From sequence record DRR378314_740: a stretch of 48,913 nt of DNA; one strand, 5' to 3'. Position numbers and translations under genes: made by a program. Below the pieces are notes generated by a model. That model was given only the letters and a program-made list of their open reading frames with translations, searched no databases and was not told where the DNA came from. Numbering within the stretch: position 1 is the first letter of the stretch; each line of letters starts with the position of its first letter. This document shows, piece by piece, positions 27,060 through 37,467 of the stretch.

Positions 27060-28502
27060 ATGACTAGCGAACAACACACCGTAGAGAAAATCGGCGGCAC
27101 TTCGATGAGCAATTACGAAGCTGTCCGCGACAACATTATTCTCGGCGGGCGCGACAAGGACGACCTTTATCAGCGCATTTTCGTGGTCTCCGCGTATGGC
27201 GGTGTCACCGATGAACTGCTGGAGCACAAGAAAACCGGAGAGCCGGGGGTTTATGCCCTGTTTGCCGATGCGGAGTCAGACTGGGCCTGGGGTGACGACC
27301 TTACCAAATTGATCCAGTTCCTCACGGACATCAATGGCGACCTGTTCCCGGACCCCATGCTCAAGCAGCAGGCGGATCAATTCATTACGGATCGCATCGA
27401 AGGCGTTCGCGGTTGCCTGATTGATCTGCAGCGCCTGTGTTCCTATGGCCAGTTTCAGCTTGAGGAGCATTTGCTGACGGTCCGTGAAATGCTGGCCGGC
27501 ATCGGCGAAGCTCACAGTGCTTTCAATACAGCCCTGAAGCTCCAGCAGGAAGGCATCAATGCGCGATTCGTGGATCTGACCGGCTGGCGCGACAATGAGC
27601 TGCTGCCGCTTGATGAAAAGCTAAAGCAGGCGTTCGATGCGGTGGACCTGAGCCGTGAGCTGCCGATTGTCACCGGTTACGCCCAGTGCCAGGAGGGCCT
27701 GATGCGCACCTTCGACCGGGGCTACAGCGAAATGACCTTCAGCCGGGTGGCGGTGATCACCAACGCCCGCGAAGCGATCATCCACAAGGAATACCACCTC
27801 AGTTCGGCCGACCCTAACATCGTGGGTGCGGATAAGGTGGTGCCTTTGGGCCGCACCAACTACGACGTCGCCGATCAGCTGGCGAACCTCGGCATGGAAG
27901 CCATCCACCCCCGCGCCGGCAAGGGCATGCGTCAGAACGAGATTCCGCTGCGGGTGATGAACACCTTCGAGCCGGAGCACACCGGCACGCTGATCACTGG
28001 TGACTACGTCAGCGAAAAGCCGCAGGTGGAGATCATCGCCGGTAATAAGGGCGTGTTTGCCATCGAAGTGTTCGATCAGGACATGCAGGGTGAGCCCGGT
28101 TCCGACCGCCGCATCCTGGAGGTGCTCGGCCGCTTCAAGGTGCGCTTCGTGTCCAAGGACACCAATGCCAACACCATTACCCATTACGTGGACAGCACGC
28201 TCAAGCACGTCAAACGGGTGGTCAAGGCGCTGAAGGAAGAGTTTCCCAACGCGGAAATCAGTACCCGCAAGGTGGCGGTGGTGTCTGCCATCGGCAGTGA
28301 CATTAAGGTGCCGGGTATTCTGGCGCGGTCTGTGAAGGCGCTGGCGGACGAGGAAATCAGCGTGTTGGCCCTGCATCAGTGCATGCGCCAGGTGGATATC
28401 CAGTTCGTGGTGGACGAAGACGCCTATGAGAAAACCATTGTGGCGCTCCATGGCGTTCTGATAGAGCCCCACAACCACGAGTATGCCATCGTCGCGGCCT
28501 GA
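27060..28502 (+). CDS. ask: Ectoine-associated aspartokinase (Ask_Ect)
   Basis: HTVEKIGGTSM, VVSAYGG, FDRGYSE, IHKEYHLSSADP; directly after ectB. Confidence 0.93.
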   Translation: MTSEQHTVEKIGGTSMSNYEAVRDNIILGGRDKDDLYQRIFVVSAYGGVTDELLEHKKTGEPGVYALFADAESDWAWGDDLTKLIQFLTDINGDLFPDPMLKQQADQFITDRIEGVRGCLIDLQRLCSYGQFQLEEHLLTVREMLAGIGEAHSAFNTALKLQQEGINARFVDLTGWRDNELLPLDEKLKQAFDAVDLSRELPIVTGYAQCQEGLMRTFDRGYSEMTFSRVAVITNAREAIIHKEYHLSSADPNIVGADKVVPLGRTNYDVADQLANLGMEAIHPRAGKGMRQNEIPLRVMNTFEPEHTGTLITGDYVSEKPQVEIIAGNKGVFAIEVFDQDMQGEPGSDRRILEVLGRFKVRFVSKDTNANTITHYVDSTLKHVKRVVKALKEEFPNAEISTRKVAVVSAIGSDIKVPGILARSVKALADEEISVLALHQCMRQVDIQFVVDEDAYEKTIVALHGVLIEPHNHEYAIVAA

Positions 28503-28549
28503 TTCTCCCGGGGCTGCTCGGTCCTTGATGGTCTCGATGGGTGTCCGGC

Positions 28550-28565
28550 TCCCCGGCGACGGGGA
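28550..28565 (+). terminator. Short hairpin after ask
   Basis: TCCCCG-GCGA-CGGGGA; no U-tract. Confidence 0.35.
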
Positions 28566-28621
28566 ATCCATGGTGCTGTTTCGCGCGTATTCTCTGGAAA
28601 TTCGTGATCGGAACCTGTGCC

Positions 28622-29620
28622 ATGAAAGAACGTCTGGGCCCGGGGCCGTCTCCGACCATAGCCCACTCCGGTGAAACGGAATCCCTGGTAGGGCTGTACT
28701 TCAGGGATGCGTCCCGTTATGAACGACTGACTGATGATGGGGAACGTCGGCTTTCACGAAGGCTGTCGTTCTGTTATCGCGTTATCTCCACAGAACTCGC
28801 GCTGCCGGAAGGCACTCCTCAAACCTTCCGTGAAGTGGTGGGAAGCCTGGGTGATGCCTGTGCTTTTTCCACCCGCTGTCGTCGTGCCTACCATCTTGCG
28901 ACCTCAAGCCGTCAGCGGCTGATCCGCAGCAATCTTCGGCTCGCGGTGCACATCGCGCGCCGCTACGCTAATCGCGGCATTCCCATGTCGGATGTGATCC
29001 AGGACGCCAACGTGGGTCTGATCAAGGCCGTTGAGCGTTTTGACCCCACCAAGGGCTTTCGCTTTTCCACTTATGCCTATTGGTGGATCAGTGAAGAGGT
29101 GAAGCGGTGTATGAAACGGGGCACCCGCCTGGTGCATACGCCCGAGAACGTGGTGGATGAAATCCGGCTCCTGCAGAGGACGTCCCTGATGTTGCATCAG
29201 ACTCTGGGGCGGACCCCGTCACAGAGCGAACTGGCACGGGAAATTGAAGTGTCTCCCTCACGTATTGGTGAACTGCGGGCCCTGGCAACCATGGAAGTAT
29301 CGGTGGATCTGCCGGTCGGCATGGAAGGCGGTATTACGCTGGGTGACAGCCTCAGCGCCGATGATCAGTCCGCGCCGGACCACGACATGGCCCAGCGCGA
29401 CCGCAAGAGAACCTTGGCTTCCCTGCTGGCGGAATTGAGTTCCCGGGAAAAAGACGTGCTGGCTCGGCGTTACGGGTTGGGCCTGCCGGAACCGGAAACT
29501 CTACAGGTGATTTCCGACGACCTGGGTATCAGTCGGGAGCGGGTACGTCAGATAGAGAAAAGCGCCCTGAAGAAACTGCAGGGTCGCTTTGCCGACCCCG
29601 AGGAAGAGCTCCGGGGCTAG
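28622..29620 (+). CDS. Divergent RpoD/RpoS-family sigma-70 factor
   Basis: Region 1.2 (LYFRDASRYERLT), region 2 (SNLRLAV...GLIKAVERFDPTKGFRFSTYAYWWI), region 4 (SRERVRQIEKSALKKL); no region 1.1. Confidence 0.9.
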   Translation: MKERLGPGPSPTIAHSGETESLVGLYFRDASRYERLTDDGERRLSRRLSFCYRVISTELALPEGTPQTFREVVGSLGDACAFSTRCRRAYHLATSSRQRLIRSNLRLAVHIARRYANRGIPMSDVIQDANVGLIKAVERFDPTKGFRFSTYAYWWISEEVKRCMKRGTRLVHTPENVVDEIRLLQRTSLMLHQTLGRTPSQSELAREIEVSPSRIGELRALATMEVSVDLPVGMEGGITLGDSLSADDQSAPDHDMAQRDRKRTLASLLAELSSREKDVLARRYGLGLPEPETLQVISDDLGISRERVRQIEKSALKKLQGRFADPEEELRG

Positions 29621-29643
29621 TCTCGGAGCCGATGTCGACTGGC

Positions 29644-30096
29644 TCAGCCCTGAGCCATGAAAAACCAGACGCCGGCAGCCACCTGACAGGCCAGCACCAC
29701 GGCCGTCAGCGCCAGCCGTAACTTCAGGTACCAGTCTGGCCAATACCCGCGCATCCAACGAGCATCCACTGCGTAAAGTGCCACATAGGCAAGGGTATAA
29801 ACCACGATCTGGGCGGCGATCGGCAGCAGCAGACCGATGCCAGCCGTAATGAAGAACACCTGGCTCAACAACATGGTGACCAGTGGGGAAATCGGATAGC
29901 AGCGGTTCTCAAGCTGCATCGCCAAGGGCCAGTAGATGCCCGCCATGAACGCCAATATTCCAGCACTGTAAAGGTAAAAGTAGCTGGCGATAACCACGCT
30001 CTGCCCAGGAAGTGTGAACAGGCCAAGGATGGCGGCCAGGAACGGCAGGAGGCCAGCAATGCCTACGACAATCGCCAGCCTGGCGACGGCAATCAC
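29644..30096 (-). CDS. Membrane protein (DUF3429-like)
   Basis: AGLLPF, YSAGILAFMAGIYW, PDWYLKLRLALT. Confidence 0.75.
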   Translation of the reverse strand: MIAVARLAIVVGIAGLLPFLAAILGLFTLPGQSVVIASYFYLYSAGILAFMAGIYWPLAMQLENRCYPISPLVTMLLSQVFFITAGIGLLLPIAAQIVVYTLAYVALYAVDARWMRGYWPDWYLKLRLALTAVVLACQVAAGVWFFMAQG

Positions 30097-30398
30097 GAGT
30101 GGCGCCCCTGAACCCGTATCCTCATTGGTTCAATCTCGGATGCTTCCATGCCTACCATCTCATGATACGCGGAGGGGTGAACCACATCCGTCGACACCAC
30201 GTTGAACGACGCCAGGGTATCCTGGATTTCCCAACTGCTGCGAAACAGGCGGGTCTTCCCTTTGGCGTCGGACAACAAGTGATAGTCACCATCGATCACC
30301 AGGCGTGCCATGTATTGCTGGCCTTCGATCGAGAGGATTTCCAGCAATTCGATGGTCGGGTTGGTCGACTGCCTGAGCTGTTCCAGGGTTATTCTCAC
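30093..30398 (-). CDS. Small hypothetical protein (DUF6482-like)
   Basis: SIEGQQYM...HPSAYHEMVG; coupled to the downstream gene. Confidence 0.65.
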   Translation of the reverse strand: MRITLEQLRQSTNPTIELLEILSIEGQQYMARLVIDGDYHLLSDAKGKTRLFRSSWEIQDTLASFNVVSTDVVHPSAYHEMVGMEASEIEPMRIRVQGRHS

Positions 30399-30504
30399 CG
30401 TATGACTCTCACCATAAGACGCGGGGATGATGTGCTACCACGGACTTACGAGCGATGAATCGTTTGGGATCATACCAACAGTGCAATGCGGTCGCCGCCG
30501 ATGC

Positions 30505-31092
30505 TCAGGGTTTACCCGCCAGTGCGCGGCAGGCGGCGTGCTGAGGGCACTGTGTCAGGTGGTCGTTGACCATGCCCGTGGCCTGCATGAACGCATACAC
30601 GATGGTGGGACCCACAAAGTTGAAGCCGCGCTTTTTCAGGGCCCTGGACATGGCTTCGGCCTCAGGGGTATGAACGGGCACATCCTCAAAACGTTGCCAC
30701 TGATTCTGGATAGGCTCACCACCCACGAACGACCACAGGAAATCGCTGAACGAATGTCCCTGGTCCCGCAACGCCAGGTAGCCCCTGGCGTTGCGGATGA
30801 CCGATTCCACCTTCAGCCGGTTACGGACGATGCCTTTGTCCTGCAACAGTGCTTCGATAGTGGAGTCGTCATACCGGGCAATCCGTTCGGGATCGAACTG
30901 GTCATAGGCGGCGCGGTAGTTTTCCTGTTTGCGGAGGATGGTTATCCAGCTCAGACCCGCTTGTTGGCCGTCCAGACACAGTTTCTCGAACAGTGCCTGG
31001 TCGTCGTATTCGGGCCGACCCCAGACGGTGTCGTGGTAGTGAACGTAGAGTGGGTCGTCGCCACACCAGGGGCAGCGTTGTGGGTTGTCCAT
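30505..31092 (-). CDS. tag: DNA-3-methyladenine glycosylase I
   Basis: RCPWC...YHDTVWG, QAGLSWITILRK, FVGPTIVYAFMQATGMVNDH...C. Confidence 0.96.
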   Translation of the reverse strand: MDNPQRCPWCGDDPLYVHYHDTVWGRPEYDDQALFEKLCLDGQQAGLSWITILRKQENYRAAYDQFDPERIARYDDSTIEALLQDKGIVRNRLKVESVIRNARGYLALRDQGHSFSDFLWSFVGGEPIQNQWQRFEDVPVHTPEAEAMSRALKKRGFNFVGPTIVYAFMQATGMVNDHLTQCPQHAACRALAGKP

Positions 31093-31131
31093 AGTCCTGC
31101 CTTTTGCCTGAGATTGGTTGAACGGTGGAGG

Positions 31132-31767
31132 TTATGGCTGCAGGCGGTCGATACGCCAGCGGCCCCCCGTCTTGGTGTATTCGAAACGGTCATGCAGACG
31201 GCTCGGCCGCCCCTGCCAGAACTCGATCCGTTCCGGGACCACCCGGTACCCGCCCCAGAAATCCGGCAGGGGAATAGCGCCGTCCTTGAATCGACGTTTC
31301 ATTTCCGCCACTTTCTGCTCCAACAGACCGCGGGAGTTGATTGCCCGGCTCTGTTCCGAAACCCAGGCGCCGATCTGGCTGCCCCGGGGGCGTGAGGTGA
31401 AGTAGCGAAGGGATTCGGATTTACTGACTTTCTCCACTTGCCCCTGGATCCGTACCTGCCGGTTCAGACCGATCCAGGGAAACAGCAGGGCCGCTTTGGG
31501 GTTTTCGGCCATTTCCTGCGCCTTGCGGCTGCCGTAGTTGGTATAGAACACGAAACCGGTATCGTCGAAGTATTTCAACAAGACGGTTCGTATGTCGGGC
31601 ATGCCATCGTCGCCAGCGGTGGCCAGCGACATGGCGTTAGGTTCCAGAATGTCTGCCGCACGGGCATCCTCGAACCAGTCCTGAAACTGTTTCACCGGGT
31701 TGTTATCAAGGGCATCGCGCTCAAGGCCTTCGCTTTCGAAGTCGCGGCGCATATCGCTAATATCCAT
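31132..31767 (-). CDS. pdxH: Pyridoxamine 5'-phosphate oxidase
   Basis: RTVLLK, FYTNYGSRKA, RPRGSQIGAW, IEFWQGRPSRLHDR. Confidence 0.97.
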   Translation of the reverse strand: MDISDMRRDFESEGLERDALDNNPVKQFQDWFEDARAADILEPNAMSLATAGDDGMPDIRTVLLKYFDDTGFVFYTNYGSRKAQEMAENPKAALLFPWIGLNRQVRIQGQVEKVSKSESLRYFTSRPRGSQIGAWVSEQSRAINSRGLLEQKVAEMKRRFKDGAIPLPDFWGGYRVVPERIEFWQGRPSRLHDRFEYTKTGGRWRIDRLQP

Positions 31768-31947
31768 CCGGATTTCCTGCATGAGAGGTTTCGTTGCCAG
31801 AAACGGTGAAAACAGAATATCGGGTTCATCGCTCTGTGTCAGTCCATCGCCCTATCTGGCTGACAAAATGGTGGCAGCCGGGCTATCCTTGATGGACAGA
31901 TTGGCGACAGACCCCGCCTGTCAGCAAGAATAAACAAGGAGAGCACG

Positions 31948-34854
31948 GTGGTTGCGAACCGCAAACGACGATTGTCTGCCAGCAACATCTCGATAGCTGT
32001 GCTGGTTCTGGTGTTGATCTATGCCCTCGCCGGGTTTGCGTTGCTGCCGTGGTGGTTGGAGCGAGCGCTACCGGAACGACTGGAACAGCACATGGGTTGG
32101 CAGGCGGAGATCGAAGAGATCCAGGTTAATCCGTTTACCATGAGTGTCCACGCCCTGGGGCTGAAAGCAGCAGATGCCGAGGGAGAGTCGGTGGTTGCCT
32201 TCGATCGCCTCTATGCGAACCTGGGTTTCTGGCGACTGTTTACTGGAATCGTTGCGCTGCAGGCCATTGAACTGGACGAACCCTATATTCGCCTGGATTT
32301 GCTGGAAGACTACGGCGTCAATTTTGCCAGGGACTGGCAGGCCAATAACCCCAGCGGGGAAGCGCCGTCAGCCAACGATGAGCCTTCCGGAGAACCGCCC
32401 AGAATCTATTTTGACCGGGTCAGAGTCGCTGGTGGCGAACTGTTGTTCCGGGATTTCAGCCAGCAGGGTCATGAGGAGTTCCGGGTAATGCCCCTGGACC
32501 TGGCGTTGAACGACCTGGCAACCTGGCCCCGCGACGATGCCGAAAGCAACTATTACCTTCTGGCGGCTGTGGGTAGCCAGACCATTGAGTGGGAAGGCGA
32601 CCTGAGCATCTCGCCGCTCTCTTCCAAGGGGTTCCTCAAGCTGGGCGGGGTGTCCCATGAGACGCTTCAACATTTCCTCAAGCCGTACCTTCCCTATCAG
32701 CTCCGCAGTGGCCGCGTGACCCTGAGCTCGCGTTACGAGCTGCGCTCTGCCACTGATTTGTCCCTGACCACCTCTGAGGGCCAGCTCACCATTGAGGATG
32801 TCGACCTTGGCCTGGCAGCGGCAAACGACGAGGAGCTGCTGAGCGCGGAGCGTCTGAGTGTGGGCGACATCCGCTTTGGGCTGAATGACCGTGAACTGGC
32901 CACCGGCATCGTGACGATCGACGGTGTTCGTCTGTCTCTGCACCGCAACCCGGAGGGTCGGTTCAATCTGTTTGAGCCTTTTCAGGATGGTGCCGATGGT
33001 GCCGATGAAGCCGACAACGAGGATAGCGAACCGGGGTCGCCTTTCAGCTGGTCGTTGGCCGGGGTGGAGCTGGGAAACAGTACCGTGAACTGGCGGGATG
33101 AACAGCCGAAAACGCCCGCCGAGCTGGCGCTTGAGGAATTGTCGATCAATATTGGCGAGATCTCTCATCGCCTGGAAGATCCCGTTAACTATCGCGCCAG
33201 CGCAGCCTTGAATGGCGGCGGCCAACTGTCGATGAATGGCCAGGCAACGCTGGCACCGTTCACGCTGGAAGCCGGGTTGTCGGGCAGTGAAGTTGCCCTC
33301 TCTCAGTTCGGGGCCTATATCAACGAGGCCGCAAACCTGGACGTCAGGGATGGTCTGCTGTCCGTTGATGGCAATCTGGACCTGGATCAACAACAGGAAC
33401 CATTGACGGGAACGTTCAGTGGTACAGGCGAGATAGCGTCCCTGGACGTTCGGCTGGGCGACAGCGACCAGCCTCTGATCCGCTGGCAGAGCGTGCGCCT
33501 GGAACCGCTCGAGTACAATGTCGCACCCGCACGGCTGCAAATTGGCACCATTACCCTGGTTGGCCCCCAGGTGAATGTCGTCCGCAATGGCAGTGGCGTT
33601 CATAACATGGAACGCATTGTCCGTGCGTCGTCGGACGATCAGGCAGCGCCCGTTGAGGGCGACGAGTCAGCGTTTATCTTCCGTATTGGCCAGTTGATGC
33701 TGGAAGACGGTGCCATCGCTTACACGGACCAGACTCTGGACCCGGCATTCGCAACCCGGTTCGATCAGCTGCGCGGGTCGGTGACCGGGCTTAGTAACGT
33801 GGCGCCGCAACAGGGCCAGGTGTCGATACAGGGTCGGGTTGGAGACGTCGCCACCATGACGTTGGAGGGGTCCGTGGGCACATTGGGGTCCGAGGACACC
33901 ACTGACCTCAAACTGGCCATGCAAAATGTTTCACTGCCCATGCTGTCGCCCTACTTTGGCCGCTACCTGGGATACAGCGTGGACAGCGGTAAGCTCAATC
34001 TCGATCTGGACTATGAGTTCTCCGGCAGCCATCTCGATGCCGCCAACAAGGTCGTCCTGGACCGGCTAGAGCTTGGTGCCCCAATCCCGAGTGATGATGC
34101 AGTCAGCGCGCCGGTCCAGCTCGGGTTGGCATTGTTGCGCGATCGGGAGGGCGTCATCGATATCGACTTGCCCATCAGCGGGGACCTGGACAACCCCGAG
34201 TTCAGTGTTGGCCAGGTCGTTATGAAGGCCTTTGTTAATCTCATCGCAAAAGCCGCTACCTCGCCGTTCAGTATGCTTGGCTCGATTGCCGATCTGGCGG
34301 GTCTTTCGGGCGAGGCGTTGGGACGTGTGAGTTTTGAGGCAGGGAGCACCGAACTCGCCGACGGCGAAAACGTTAAACTGGAGGCCCTGGGCAAAGCACT
34401 GAAAGAGCGCCCTGCCTTGGCGCTCAACGTGCGGGGGGCGGTTGCGCCAGAAGCAGACGCCGCGGCCCTGAGGCGGCAGCAACTGTTTGAGCAATTGGCC
34501 ATAGCGGATGGGGCTTCTGCGTCGCAGCGGATTGCCCGGTTGGAACAGGCCTATGAGAATTCGGAGTATCGTGCCTCGATCGACGAGTTCCGTGACGACG
34601 TTGCCGGCGACAATGTGGAACCCGGTGAACGGGAATGGGAGCAGGCGTTGGTGGAACGATTGGTGGCGGATGTCGAACTGGCGCCGGCGGCGTTGGGCAA
34701 GCTGGCAACGGCACGGGGTGTATGGCTTCGGGAACAGATGCTTCAGGAATATGACGTATCGGAAGACCAGGTTTATCTACTTGATCCAGCACGTGACGCT
34801 GCTGCGGATGATGCTGGCAGGGTAACGGTCAGCTTTGAACTGGATGCCCGCTGA
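31948..34854 (+). CDS. DUF748-domain (AsmA-like) envelope protein
   Basis: N-terminal TM anchor; repeated beta-rich units; LGLALLRDREGVIDIDLPISGDLDNPEFS...KAATSPF. Confidence 0.8.
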   Translation: MVANRKRRLSASNISIAVLVLVLIYALAGFALLPWWLERALPERLEQHMGWQAEIEEIQVNPFTMSVHALGLKAADAEGESVVAFDRLYANLGFWRLFTGIVALQAIELDEPYIRLDLLEDYGVNFARDWQANNPSGEAPSANDEPSGEPPRIYFDRVRVAGGELLFRDFSQQGHEEFRVMPLDLALNDLATWPRDDAESNYYLLAAVGSQTIEWEGDLSISPLSSKGFLKLGGVSHETLQHFLKPYLPYQLRSGRVTLSSRYELRSATDLSLTTSEGQLTIEDVDLGLAAANDEELLSAERLSVGDIRFGLNDRELATGIVTIDGVRLSLHRNPEGRFNLFEPFQDGADGADEADNEDSEPGSPFSWSLAGVELGNSTVNWRDEQPKTPAELALEELSINIGEISHRLEDPVNYRASAALNGGGQLSMNGQATLAPFTLEAGLSGSEVALSQFGAYINEAANLDVRDGLLSVDGNLDLDQQQEPLTGTFSGTGEIASLDVRLGDSDQPLIRWQSVRLEPLEYNVAPARLQIGTITLVGPQVNVVRNGSGVHNMERIVRASSDDQAAPVEGDESAFIFRIGQLMLEDGAIAYTDQTLDPAFATRFDQLRGSVTGLSNVAPQQGQVSIQGRVGDVATMTLEGSVGTLGSEDTTDLKLAMQNVSLPMLSPYFGRYLGYSVDSGKLNLDLDYEFSGSHLDAANKVVLDRLELGAPIPSDDAVSAPVQLGLALLRDREGVIDIDLPISGDLDNPEFSVGQVVMKAFVNLIAKAATSPFSMLGSIADLAGLSGEALGRVSFEAGSTELADGENVKLEALGKALKERPALALNVRGAVAPEADAAALRRQQLFEQLAIADGASASQRIARLEQAYENSEYRASIDEFRDDVAGDNVEPGEREWEQALVERLVADVELAPAALGKLATARGVWLREQMLQEYDVSEDQVYLLDPARDAAADDAGRVTVSFELDAR

Positions 34855-34860
34855 CCGGTG

Positions 34861-35661
34861 TCATTGTGGTGTTGAACCGGGGATGCCGGGCGGTAACTGA
34901 AGGCCATGGGTATCGACCAACTTCTGGTAGCGACCGTCCTTGAGCAGCGGCGACAGCAGTTGCTCAATGGCGTCCGCGTCGATGGGGCCGTTTTCCCGCG
35001 CCATGATATGCAGCAGGTAGGTTTGGTCGGGGGTGTCGGATACCAGAAATTTGTCCCTGTCCTCAGGGTTGTCGCGCAGGTGGTTTTGAAGGTAGGAACG
35101 GCTGACGACGGCGACATCGGCAAGTGACGGCCGATCCGCCTTGATCAGCTCAAGATTGCGGCTGTGGCTGTGTGAGAACTCAATATGAAAGCGTTCTTCC
35201 AGCTCGACGTTATCGGTGGATAGACCGGCGAAACCGTAGTGATAGCCAGAAATGGCAACGATGTGTCGCTCGGTGATGTTGTCAAAGAAACGCTGGTCGC
35301 GACCTGTTTTGTTAAGGGCCACGTAGACTTCGTCGTCCATCAGGACCGGCCGTGTCGTCTCGACAGGCTGGTTTTCCCAGCCCCAACCAGGATTCTCGAA
35401 GAAGATAACGTCGTACAATCCCGCCTGAAAATCCATGTGTCGGCGCTTTGGGGACGTGTAAACGATCCGGAAGGAGATGTTGTCGTTCGAGGAATCCAGC
35501 TCGCTGAGCAGGTCTCCGAGCAGGCCTTCAGCCTGGTTGCTGCTGTTAACGGCAGCAACCGGTGGGAAGTTGTAGACGCCGACGGCAATTCTGGTCTGGG
35601 CGGAAACCGCCGTTGCAGAGCCTATCGACAGAGACAGGACAACAAGCGCCACTTTCGGCAT
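34861..35661 (-). CDS. Orphan periplasmic substrate-binding protein (family 3-like)
   Basis: Signal peptide; VGVYNFPP, TSPKRRH, GYHYGFA; start uncertain (35661 or 35736). Confidence 0.7.
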   Translation of the reverse strand: MPKVALVVLSLSIGSATAVSAQTRIAVGVYNFPPVAAVNSSNQAEGLLGDLLSELDSSNDNISFRIVYTSPKRRHMDFQAGLYDVIFFENPGWGWENQPVETTRPVLMDDEVYVALNKTGRDQRFFDNITERHIVAISGYHYGFAGLSTDNVELEERFHIEFSHSHSRNLELIKADRPSLADVAVVSRSYLQNHLRDNPEDRDKFLVSDTPDQTYLLHIMARENGPIDADAIEQLLSPLLKDGRYQKLVDTHGLQLPPGIPGSTPQ

Positions 35662-35804
35662 ATCTCGGCATTTAAATCGGTGTCGGAATGTCAAAGGGTC
35701 GCGCTTCCCGGCAGCAAGGTTTGAACGTTTATTCACATTACCACTGTTTAATCTTAGTCAGAAGAGGCCAATTATAAACTCATGCAAAACGGGAAGCGTC
35801 CGCT

Positions 35805-36398
35805 ATGAAGCGCCCTCTCAGTCATTTCTTTGCCTATGTATCTCGCCTGCGGTGGATCAAACGATGGGGGCTGATGCGCAACGCGATTGAGGAAAATGTC
35901 GCCACTCATTCCTGGGAGGTGGCCACTCTGGCCCATGCTCTCGCCATTATCCGCAACCGCCATTTTGGCGGGCAGGTGAATGTTGACTGGATCGCAGCCG
36001 CGGCGCTTTACCACGATGCTACTGAGGTGATTACCGGCGATATGCCGACACCGGTCAAATATCATTCCCGGGTTATGCGGGAAGCGTTCGGGGACATTGA
36101 GCATAAGGCTGAGGCCGAATTGCTGGCACTACTGCCGGCGGATCTGCGGAATGACTTTTCCCCGTATGTTCGCGAATCCGGGTGGGGGCAGGAGGAGAAG
36201 GAACTGATCAAGGCCGCCGACCGACTTTCGGCGCTGTTGAAGTGCGAGGCCGAGATACAGGCGGGCAACAAGGAGTTTGAGCCGGCGGCGGGTCATATCC
36301 GGAAGAAACTGGAGGATGACGCCCTGCCGGAGGTGATGTATTTCCTGGAAGTGTTTGCGCCGAGTTACCAGCGGCCCCTCGACAACCTCTTGGGATAG
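35805..36398 (+). CDS. yfbR: HD-domain 5'-deoxynucleotidase
   Basis: SHFFAYVSRLRWIKRWGLMRN..ENVATHS, LYHDATEVITGDMPTPVKY. Confidence 0.92.
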   Translation: MKRPLSHFFAYVSRLRWIKRWGLMRNAIEENVATHSWEVATLAHALAIIRNRHFGGQVNVDWIAAAALYHDATEVITGDMPTPVKYHSRVMREAFGDIEHKAEAELLALLPADLRNDFSPYVRESGWGQEEKELIKAADRLSALLKCEAEIQAGNKEFEPAAGHIRKKLEDDALPEVMYFLEVFAPSYQRPLDNLLG

Positions 36399-36430
36399 GG
36401 AGGCAGGAGCCGCTGGGTGATTGGGTGTGA

Positions 36431-37465
36431 CTAGCTGTTGCCGGCTGACGCCACCATGCCTCCGCGCAGGCCATCCTGCTTCACGCTTTGGCGTACAATG
36501 TCCTCGGGGCTGCCTGCCAGTTCCCGGAACATGCCCATGGAGCCCAGCAGAGCGGACGACTCATAAGGCACGAAGACCCGCTCACCATCCTTGGCCATGT
36601 TCGGCAGCACCTTGATGTAGCTTTGCCCCAGCAGATAGCCGATAACGGTCTGCTTGTTCTCTTCCGTTTCACCCATGGCACTCAACACCAGGCGGATGGA
36701 CTCCTGCTCACCCTGGGCACGCAGGATGGCGGATTCCTTGTCGCCCTGGGCATTGAGGATGGCAGACTCACGCTGCCCCTGGGCCATGGCAATGGCGGCG
36801 GACTTTTCACCTTCCGCCTCCGTCACGGTGGCGCGACGTTTACGCTCGGCGGCCATCTGCAGGCGCATGGCCTCTTCCACTTCTTCCGGCATGCTGATGT
36901 CCTGAACCTCAACGCGGGTCAGCTTTACACCCCATTTCGAGGCCGCTTCTTCCATTTCGGCCTGAATGGCGTTGTTCACTTCGCTGCGGGATTCAAACAG
37001 CTTGTCCAATTCCATCTTGCCCACCACGGAGCGCAGGGTGGTTTTGGCCAGAACCTCGACCGCCTGGCTCATGTTGGCCACTTCGTAAACCGCACGGCGA
37101 GGGTCGATAATCTGGTAGTAAAGCGCACCGTTGATGTTCACCGTGACGTTGTCGGTGGTCACCACCGGCTGACCGGGGAAGTCCATGACGGTTTCGCGGC
37201 GGTCAATGCGGGTTTCGAAGCTGCTGCTTGGGTGATACTCGTCTCCGATGCGCACGTAGCGGGTCATGGTAATGGCGCGCGGGCGCTCAATGAACGGAAT
37301 GATGATGTTCACACCACTCTCCAGGATGCGATTGAATGACCCTAGCCGCTCGATCACCATGACTTCGGACTGGCGCACAATCACCAGGCCCTTGGCGATG
37401 ATGAAAATACCAATGACGACAAAAATAAGGCTGATGACCAGCCCGGGGGAAATAACATTTTCCAT
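36431..37465 (-). CDS. SPFH/band 7 protein (QmcA-like)
   Basis: VIERLG, TTLRSVVGKMELD, WGVKLTRVE, QMAAERKRRA; AxG repeats. Confidence 0.92.
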   Translation of the reverse strand: MENVISPGLVISLIFVVIGIFIIAKGLVIVRQSEVMVIERLGSFNRILESGVNIIIPFIERPRAITMTRYVRIGDEYHPSSSFETRIDRRETVMDFPGQPVVTTDNVTVNINGALYYQIIDPRRAVYEVANMSQAVEVLAKTTLRSVVGKMELDKLFESRSEVNNAIQAEMEEAASKWGVKLTRVEVQDISMPEEVEEAMRLQMAAERKRRATVTEAEGEKSAAIAMAQGQRESAILNAQGDKESAILRAQGEQESIRLVLSAMGETEENKQTVIGYLLGQSYIKVLPNMAKDGERVFVPYESSALLGSMGMFRELAGSPEDIVRQSVKQDGLRGGMVASAGNS

Positions 37466-37467
37466 GT

